64,000 nt of DNA from Anthoceros angustus (lineage: Eukaryota > Plantae > Anthocerotophyta): the NCBI GenBank assembly GCA_010909165.1, contig MU008155.1, positions 1,922,001 to 1,986,000 of the forward strand. The letters run 5' to 3'. Made by a program: the position numbers and the translations under genes. The notes beneath the pieces are model-generated. The model ran no database searches. It had not been told where the DNA came from and saw nothing but the letters and a program-made list of their open reading frames with translations. Shown one piece after another: positions 55,426-64,000 of the stretch (its first letter is position 1; each line of letters opens with the position of its first letter).

Positions 55426-58400
55426 TTACAAGTGACCAATGGCAGAACTAGGTCGTGGTCGCCCAAGATTCAGAGCTCCCCTCGCAGTAGCCTGAGATAC
55501 GAAGGCAGGGTGGATGAGACTCTGGACGAAAACATTCAACGGACTTGCCAACAAGGTTACCAAAGTCAGTTAAGGTGCAATACCTCGAAGAAAGAGTTGT
55601 AGTTCAGTCGTAGAAGAAACTGTCGCAAAAAAGGGGCACGTTGGCTCCCAGCAAGCTTGCTACTTCTCAAAATGGTGTACAAGGAGTTCGATTTCTTGTT
55701 GAATTCCTGGAAAGTGGAAAGTTTAAGAAAAGCCCATGGCTTATCAAAGAGGAGTTTGAGTGGCCTTCTGAGCTAGCACAGATAGCTCACCTCCGTTATT
55801 GGCTCCATCTCAGCAACACTGGGAGTGCCATTTTGTTGTTCAACTAGTCGACAGAACTGTAAACACAATTTGATGATACTATCAAGAATGCGGGACACCG
55901 ACCCGATATCCAGGAAGGACTGGGAAATCAGAGCTGAAAGATATCTACAGACAATCAAAGAAAGAGCGAAGACGTCAGGCAGTCAGATGAGTCACATGAG
56001 CTTTACTTACACGCATGCGGCTCCTCCAGTAACATGAGAGCCCATTGATATTTCCACATAGACAGAAATCAAATACTCACTCTTGATGAAAGCGGGCAAG
56101 TTCTGTGAAGTCTTTGCAAGCCTGCACACGGTCTTGAAGAAGTGTCCATTGAGATTCGATTACATCCACCTGAACCAGGTCCACATTGCATTACCTGTCA
56201 TCCCCAGATTTGCATAAAACAAAAAAACCTTTCCCCGATAACAGTTTAGCAAGAGCACTTCAGGACAAGTGTAGAATCGTCCTGGTCTCCCTCGGTGGTA
56301 AGAACAAAGCAAACTACTTAAGCAATTGATTTGTAGCACAAGTTGTAGTTGAGCTATATTCCTAGCAGCTATACCTGAATATAAAACTGCAGGTTCGTGA
56401 TAAGGTACGTCATATGCTGCCGCACACGCCACATTGGCCTACGCTGCTGGCGTCGTTCTCTAGCAGCAATTGTCTCTACCGCACCTCTAGTTCTTTTCAC
56501 CGAGTCTACCTTGTCTTGTTGCATAGCCTCTGCCCACGACTTCTCAAGTTCCAGTTGAATGCGCTTCAATCGCAAAAGGTATTGAAAGATCCTATTATAC
56601 CTACAAGAACAACCGCAAACAGAACATCCTGTCCTTGTCACAATATTGCCAACAGTTGCTAGGTCCTTAGACGATCTCTAAACCATCCTTGCTACAGAAA
56701 AGCGTATTCCCACGCTTTACCTGGAAAGTACTTCCTTTGTGAAAAGGAGCTGAAGTGGCCAGTCGAGGCTATATTCCAGAGCAAGGCCATCCCACCCATC
56801 ATAAGGTGGGCCACCAGTCTCGCCATAGACCGTGGCAGGATCAGTGCTCGATCTTTGTCTCCCAACATCTCCTTGGGAAGGACCAGCTGAGCTGCCTGCT
56901 GTCAACAGAGGCATTCTGCAATGAACCTGATTAGCAGCTCATCCAAATGCCACATAGAACAGGAAGCAGAACCTGTATTGTACGAAAGACTTACCGGAGG
57001 GACACTCTGTGAAAATATTTGTCATCGTCACTGATTGTCTTCATTGCAGCCTTCACCAAAAGGGGAGCACATGACAGGAGTTACTCAACTTCAGCTGACA
57101 ATGTCTAACACCAGAAAAACGATTGGTGTTGTAGAGTGCATGTATTTCAGATCTGTCCACAATTTCGATATCTACTACTCACCTGTTGAAAAGGAACTTT
57201 AAGATCGGCCTCTGCTGTAGAAGGCCGTGGTGGCAATCTCATCAAGGATCTGCTTTCCTCCAAGAAGCACTGAAAGACGTTCCAAAGGTCTAGTGGTCAG
57301 CAGAATCAAATTATTTAAAGTGCCAAAAGGTGTGCTTTGAAAAAAGCAGAGGATTTGCAAGCTGCCCAGTACATTCCCCCAGCTACTGCTCGCAGGGCAT
57401 GATACTTCCAGCACATAAATAAAGTATACCTGAAAGAAGTCTCCTTTGGCAAGAAGGAAGTAGTCCTTCACAGCTTTGAAATGACCGACGAGATCTGCAT
57501 GCACTACCACCAGCTGCAGAAAAGCCGGTTAACAGAGTTGGGAAGGAACACACCACATACTTTCTGGAAAAGTAAGAAAAGAAACCTGCCACAGGTGGGT
57601 TGCAGCAATGGCCCTGATCGCGTCAACAGCACGTTCAAATGACATTTTGTGAAAGGTAGGAGCATCCTGTGGCACAAGACAGATAGCCAAACAAATGTGT
57701 GTGACCAAGAAAAAGTCAAATACACTATCACCTCTGCACCCAAGTACACAATTACAGTACACAATTACAGCAGCTGCATTCAACGACATCATCAGCACGC
57801 CATTAGGCAGACTACGTTGTAGCCAAAATGTGCACCTTCAAGGCCTGGAGCATGGAAGCAATTTTGTCTGCTCCTTCTTGGGGCAGGAGGACTGAGCCTC
57901 GACAATTCCCAAGCTGGAGCAACGAACCATTGATAGAGCATGTCGGCATCAACAGCTCCTCAAGCCCTTTTGACCCTGTACGCTGCAATCCAGCTGCTTG
58001 ACTTTTAAAAGACTTGCTCGGATTTCTCAGCACTCTCACCGCTTTTCCAACAAATAGAATGGACTCTGCCACTTGGACATCAATATACTCTGGTAGCATG
58101 TCCTGCCATCACACGTTGCTACTTCAGAATAGAGGCCCACGCAGCATATTGAACATGAAGAAGTCCTCAAAGACAAGGTCCATCTGCTGTTCATAGAGAT
58201 CCTTGTACCTGATTAACATGGAAGCCAGTGTGCCAATCACTTAGGTGGGCATCTTCTCCTGGACGGACAGACGCTGATTTGTCCAGAGGTGCGTCTGTGG
58301 CAACTGAGCACACTTCCTGGTTTTGCCTGCAATTCGATCCATTATAACACTCGAAATACAAACCACAATCGTCCACTGACAGGAATCTTGCATCACAAGT

Positions 58401-59423
58401 GCCTTCCCATCGAAGAAAATACCGGGTTATAAAAAATTCTTGATGCTGGTCTTGTAGTAAGCCATACACCATCCACCCTGATAGTTGTTGGTACATGACG
58501 TGGTGACAATGCCAGAGCAGTCTACAAAAAGGTAAATCGATAAGCGGAAAGGACAATTGTCGTGCAGAGTTCCAGCGATGCACCAAGCAGATACCGCTTA
58601 AGCTCCTACCTTTGCATGCAAGCCTGTAGTTCAGGGACACCGCAGTGACTTCTTGCATGCAACAGATTCAGTAAGGGTCCTCCGAAGAGCCCAGAGCGCT
58701 CAACTTGACGTACGACGGCATGGAGTGGAGGAAGCAAGAGTTCGAACTGCAAAGATCGTGCTCGAGTTAAGATTTCCTTTCGGTTGCCAACATACGAAAC
58801 CAATGCGTCCAGTACCCTACCACCAACACATTCATTCCCCTCGAGGTCGTTCTCAACTAATACCTGATGCAAGCCCTGAGTGACAGTGGCCAAGACAGGC
58901 ACCGGGTCCGACAATATGTTCTGCTCCACTTTGAGGACAGCTGAACGATAAATGGCAAGCATTTCCGCAATGCCATTTGCAAGCGCCCTCTGATAAACGC
59001 TTGCTTTTCGCGGCTTCCCGGCAGGAGACTCGTCAGACAAGCCTGATTCGTTAGAAACTCGTAACCAACTGAAGTTCCATGACAGGGCTGAAAATTTATC
59101 GAGCTCACGGTAATGGTAACCAAGGCGCAGAAGACGGTCCAACAAGGCTCTGCACCAAATAGGCGGTCAGAACGGCATCAGATAGGCAGCAGACACAAGA
59201 ATCGGAACACGAGTCATCCCAATTCGGACCTTTCTGACGGCTCAACGAAGTCCAGATCTGGTGCGAGCATGAAAGGGCAACCCTCTTGCGATAATTCCTC
59301 TCCATTATCCCCCTCAGAGCCAGAGGTCCCCTTCACCAGGCCCAGTGTTTCAGCCTGCTCATTCACGTCTATAAACACGTCTCCAGTACACCCGACCAGA
59401 GCTAGAAGCAACTCATGGAGCAT
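55426..59423 (-). CDS. GCP4: Gamma-tubulin complex component 4, multi-exon
   Basis: MLHELLLALVGCTGDVF, LGYHYRELD, VYQRALANG, HFKAVKDYFLLAKGDFFQ, YNRIFQYLLRLKRIQ, EFNKKSNSLYTILRSSKLAGSQRAPFLRQFLLRLNYNSFFE, last exon ATARGALNLGRPRPSSAIGHL-stop. Confidence 0.9.
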
Positions 59424-60299
59424 CTTGAACCTCCGATGTCGCTTCTACGCAATCATCGCATGCAACCAACCGGCATACTGTCACTCACAGCAGCCAATGC
59501 CGCTACTCATCCCGCACAATTCCCAGCAAAATCACAAGTCAGTAGAGCCCATGCATCGAAATGCCCTGAGACAGCAGACGCAGTGCCGAATTGCACAATT
59601 GCAACTCGCAACATTGCAAAACCGTCTCATCGATCGCAGCTGCCAGCGCTCGCTCGTTCTTTTCAAAGCCCTGGCGTTTTGAACCAATGTAGTCTCGACG
59701 ATGCCGCGGTTAAACAAACCGATAGAGTTACGCAACTACAAGACGGTGAAGTCTCAAAAACCCCTTTGCCGTCCCCTGCGTAATAAAGAGCAGGGACAAC
59801 TTGTGAAAAAGTTATGCACCACCTAATACATTGTTTATCGAGGGATAAGTTTAGCCATAGTGGTGCTTAGCCATAGTGGTGCGTCTTGCAAGATCCATGT
59901 CTTTTCTTTAGCTGTCAATCTGTACAGCTTTATAAAAGAACGGATCTTACAATGGCGCCCAAAAACAAAAGCGAAGATAGCTCCATAAATAAGCTCTAGA
60001 AATGATCTGGAAGGACCCGAAAGAACGGATCTTGCTATGCCAAGACGGATTCACCCTGAGACGAGGAGCAAGACGACTGCGGTTATGCAGCCTATTGTCT
60101 GCGACCTACAGGTGATAAAAAGCGAAGTGGAAATATTAAGAAAGGATATAAAGATGCTAAGACTAATTCGCTCCCCACAATGCGAACGCCACATCCCCAA
60201 CAGAATGTGGCCAAGGGGGCAGAACCTTCCTACCAAACCCTATCATCGCCCCATTCCTGCTAGCTGCATAAAAATTCGTCATTAAGCCACCAGAGTTTG

Positions 60300-61160
60300 G
60301 AATTTCATAGCTAAATAGGATCGTAATAATAGTAAGACCCACAGCTGAGTGTAAGATACCACTTTGTACAAGAGAATGCCTGCCGTCCCTGTCGAGGAAG
60401 TAACGATCCAACGAAAAACCCCCAGACTGAAGCGAGTTGCACAGGAAAGTAGAGTCTGGGCAGGGAGGGGAAATCTGCACCAAAGCTGGATTTACCATAA
60501 TAAAAGGCCATCTTGCACCTGCTCTGGAGATCTCAAAGCCAAGAGGACATCGTCAGATAAATCTAGCTGCACACGTTGTAAAATGAAAGTAGCACAACGG
60601 CAGGAAATTTAAAACTCCATATGAAGCATCCATTATGGTTTCCAGTTTTCAGTCCTGTATAACCAACCTTTAGCATTAGGCTGGATGAGAGCCTTCCAAG
60701 CAACCTTCTTTGTTTAGTTGGCTTCATCAACAGGCTTGCTCCATAAGAAATGTAAAATAAGATGTTAAAACCTTTCCATGTCTTTAGGTGAGGGAGCCCA
60801 CACGAAAATAAAATATCGGAGAGTAGCCGTTAAAATGTAATTAATAGTTATCACCCATGCAGAGAGGCTGAGTTAAAGGATCTGCATCGCTCTAGCTTTT
60901 CAGATAAACTTGTTAAACACGTACTTACCAACAGCTGCATTTTCATCACCCTCCTGCAACGGATTGCCTAAATACTTATGAAACTGATCACCTTGTATCC
61001 TGTCTATATGTCTGACTGATGCCGGGACATCATTTCCCACATTTAGGCATAGCATCTTGGTTTTCCGCCATTTAACTTTGCATCTTGAAAGCTCTCCAAA
61101 AGCCCACGCAGCGTGAAGCATGGCTTGTAAAGAGCTAAACACATAATTTTGCAAGGAGGT
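60300..61160 (-). mobile_element. Degenerate LINE (L1-type) ORF2 fragment downstream of the RT core
   Basis: FHKYLGNPL..LSLHG..INYILTATLRYFIFVWAPP..FLWSKP..KVAWKAL.QPNAKG pattern typical of plant L1 ORF2, interrupted by stops. Confidence 0.65.
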
Positions 61161-61258
61161 TAATATATACTATAGGGGTTTTGTGCCTTTTATACGCCTA
61201 AGGGGGTTTCCAATGGGTCTTGAATGAGGGTTTTATGACACTTAGTCCAAAAAAGGCC

Positions 61259-62309
61259 TTAGAAAAAGGTACCCTGACCTTGTCCTTCGACTTCCAGTCC
61301 TGTGGCACTCCTTTCATCTCCTAACAAAACCTTGTCCTTCCTGTGGCATAAGGTTAGGTTCCAGAACAAGTTTCTGTCTTTGGATATGTGAGTGATGGCT
61401 CTTGAGTCGAGATACCAACTACCGACATCATGCGGGGAACTCTTCATACAAACCGTGAAAATCTTCAGTGTACTTTTAGAGGTCTCTCCTTTATCTTTGA
61501 CGACAATGCTGGCTAACTGTTTGGGTTGTGGGCGTTATGGCTCTCTGGCCTTCTTCTAGTTAGAACCTGCTCCGGTGTCCCTACGTCCTCCAGGTGACTT
61601 ATCTTTACCTCCTTTGTTGAACCGGGCTGTCAGAACCTTGTCCTGCTTCCCTTTAACGCCTCCTAATGCTAACATCCTTCTTTGCTCCTCCTAGAACAAA
61701 GCACCAACCCCATCCTCGAGTTTGATGGTGGAAGCGCCTCTAGGGGAAACAGCTTGATGAGCAACACGAATCGGGCCGTTCTGAGACGAGACAAAGTTTT
61801 GATAAGATGGGGGAAGGCTGGTCAACAACCGAGCAACAACCTTGTCCATCTTGCTACCAAGAGCAATGATCTGGGATCAAAGATCACGGAATTTGGAGAT
61901 CTGGGTAGCAACTTTATCTCCCTCCCGACCCACATTCACAATCCGAAGAACTCCTGTCTTACAACACACAGGGTAAGAATGTTCTTAACGCCATACATGG
62001 AGGCAAGCTGGTCCCATATCTCAGTGGCAACTGATCAACAACTCGACATCAGGTACGAGGTTTGCATCTAACTCACTAATTAACTAGGCTATAGCAACCG
62101 AATTAAGGTGATCCCACTTGTCTGTCTGCTTGTGAGCGTGGTGGGGTGCTGGCAGGATCAGGTTTCTTGAGTGTACCATCAACCACGAACCAAACACCAC
62201 GAGCTACAAAGGTGGATTTCATCTGAACCCTCCAGACCTGGTATTCTGTCCCATTGGACCGATCTCCTTCCAGCTCAGAGGTAAATATGGGACCTGTCGA
62301 ACCAGACAT
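61259..62309 (-). mobile_element. Ty1/Copia gag-protease remnant
   Basis: GTEYQVWRVQMKSTFVARGVWFVVDGT (gag N-terminus) and WYLDSRAITHISKDRNLF..VLLGD (Copia protease motif). Confidence 0.8.
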
Positions 62310-63230
62310 AGCTCCATATGCTATGGAGTGAGTTTGAATGTTCTAAACGGTGGGCTAGCTGAATTGCTGAATGAGATGGTTCAATACACCAAAGGACATA
62401 AAGGAGTAGCTCTCCCTTCAAGGTTATGACTGAAAGAGAAGGGCACTAACTGTAGCCTTCAGACCGTGATCTTCGTGTTGGTGTGATAATTCTAATGCTC
62501 GTGGTGTAGGGAGAGGGAATGTTGGGTGATGCTAGGGTGGATGCAAACATCAAGAGTGTGTGTGCCTATCTTAGCCCCACCTCAGCATTGACCTCCTTCC
62601 AACAATATGGTAAAAGCAAGTCACAAAAACAGCAAAGGTCAGCCGGAATCAATTGGGGAGGTATCAAACTTACAGGTAAACAGACTACTTCATGTTTCAT
62701 GTAGTTTGCAAAGACATAGACCCTATTCTAACCGCCACTTCCTGTTTCAGGTGAAGTATTGCGACGGTTGATAGCTCTTTCTCAAGAGCAGGGGATGCGA
62801 GAGGTTGCAGGTGTCGTCGAGGATGGCGACCATTGGTGAGGTGGAACCATCACACCACTGTTCCACAAACCTCACGATGCCTTAGCTCTCGCCACTCCCA
62901 CGCCGCGCAGCGAGAGAACGGCCGGAACCTCCAAAGACTAGTAAAATTGCTAACAAGGCATGTCCATGCTCCAATGATCGATTGGAGCAAGCTATGTTTG
63001 CAATGGTCATCACCAAGGGATATCTTCTCATTTTTTGATCATTTGACAATATATCTTGTCACTTTTTGATTATTTGACAAGATATCTTACCACTTTTTGA
63101 TCATTTGATAAGATATCTTGTCATATCTGAGTATAAAATGAGAGGTGATATAACAGCTCCTTCACATTTTACGTGATCCTAGAAGTAGTAAATAAATACC
63201 ATCAAGATTGGAATGAAAAGCATGAATGAC

Positions 63231-63995
63231 TCAATTGATACTAGTAGGTCCATCAAGTAGAAAGGATAATACCTCTATGATAGACCACCATTTCCCTGTC
63301 TGAGCAATGGTATACTTTTCTATCCATCCAACTCTTGATGCAAACTTCCGCTTGTTGCGTTTGTGAGAGAATAATTTTGCAAGCACACGATTAACATTTT
63401 GATATCTCAAAATTATAGGGTTACTTGCATTTGGCCTCAAATTAATCTCATGCCACCCCAAATCTCCATAACTAGCTTGTGAATCTCCAATCATCTGCTC
63501 CTGAAATGCTATCAACTCATCCACAGTATGAACCTTCACATCACTCAAATTAAATTTAGGATGAAACAAGCAACGAAACAATGCAGAAACATCCCTTTCA
63601 AACATTCCTACACCATTTCTATAGTCCATGATAACTTTGACCAAATGCAAGGTTGAATTAAAGGCCTTGGAAGTAAGCTCAGCCAAGACACGGTCACCAG
63701 TACTGCTCTCCACGTCATCTCCACTCCCACTTTCTCTGGAGCTGATTGTAGTAGTAGAGGTTGCCAAGTTGCTTTTCTCCGATGGCATGTTCTGTCCCTC
63801 CAAGATGATCTTATCAAGTCTTTCCCCTTCCTTTGTATCAACATTAGTCCTTTCCTTTTCCTCATGTTCAGCTCTTTCCCTTTCCTCATGGTCAGCTCTT
63901 TCCCTTTCCTCATGGTCAGCGCTTTCCCTTTCCTCATGGTCAGCCCTTTCCCTTTCCTCATTTATGGTCAGTTGTTTTCCTTTCCTCCCTATCAA
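63231..63995 (-). mobile_element. Possible Plavaka-like transposase fragment (runs off the window end)
   Basis: Open frame of 254 aa with IILRYQNVNRVLAKLFSHK..YTIAQTGKWW, resembling the Plavaka F/LxYR..TGxWW signature; recall only. Confidence 0.4.
63855..63962. repeat. 24-bp coding tandem repeat (HEERERAD)n, about 4.5 copies
   Basis: TCAGCTCTTTCCCTTTCCTCATGG repeated. Confidence 0.9.
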
Positions 63996-64000
63996 TATTA

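Overview
Plant nuclear DNA, very probably from a hornwort (Anthoceros-like). The organism call is an inference from short introns, about 50% GC coding sequence and GRP-type DYW:KP editing factors. The window holds a cluster of six intronless PLS-class PPR genes (G1 5023-8022+, G2 9591-12578+, G3 19638-22637-, G4 23258-26551+, G5 35900-40306+, G6 44661-48065-) plus a 5' fragment at about 8.5-8.8 kb. All six end in E1-E2 and a DYW:KP domain (KPAVA box, HAEK, CxxC, C-terminal GRP), the variant linked to U-to-C organellar RNA editing. Most notably, every paralogue carries a 52-aa N-terminal module (LW..FF.DP..WWDNR..K...SPDFRRK.SGEVLWLN...KPAWV.EQL) that matches the ssDNA-binding PDF motif of plant OSB proteins. 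The leader in front of it appears to be a frameshifted relic of a second PDF copy. The cluster is interspersed with TE debris (MULE/SWIM, LINE, Copia, possible Plavaka), repeat arrays, an OTU4-like ORF broken by one TGA just before its catalytic His, and an orphan ORF. Housekeeping genes are nitrite reductase (3' part), fluoride exporter FEX, a divergent ubiquitin E1, SmG and GCP4. Two frameshift-rich tandem duplications may be assembly artefacts. No database searches were run, so family calls come from motif recognition and novelty is unverified.
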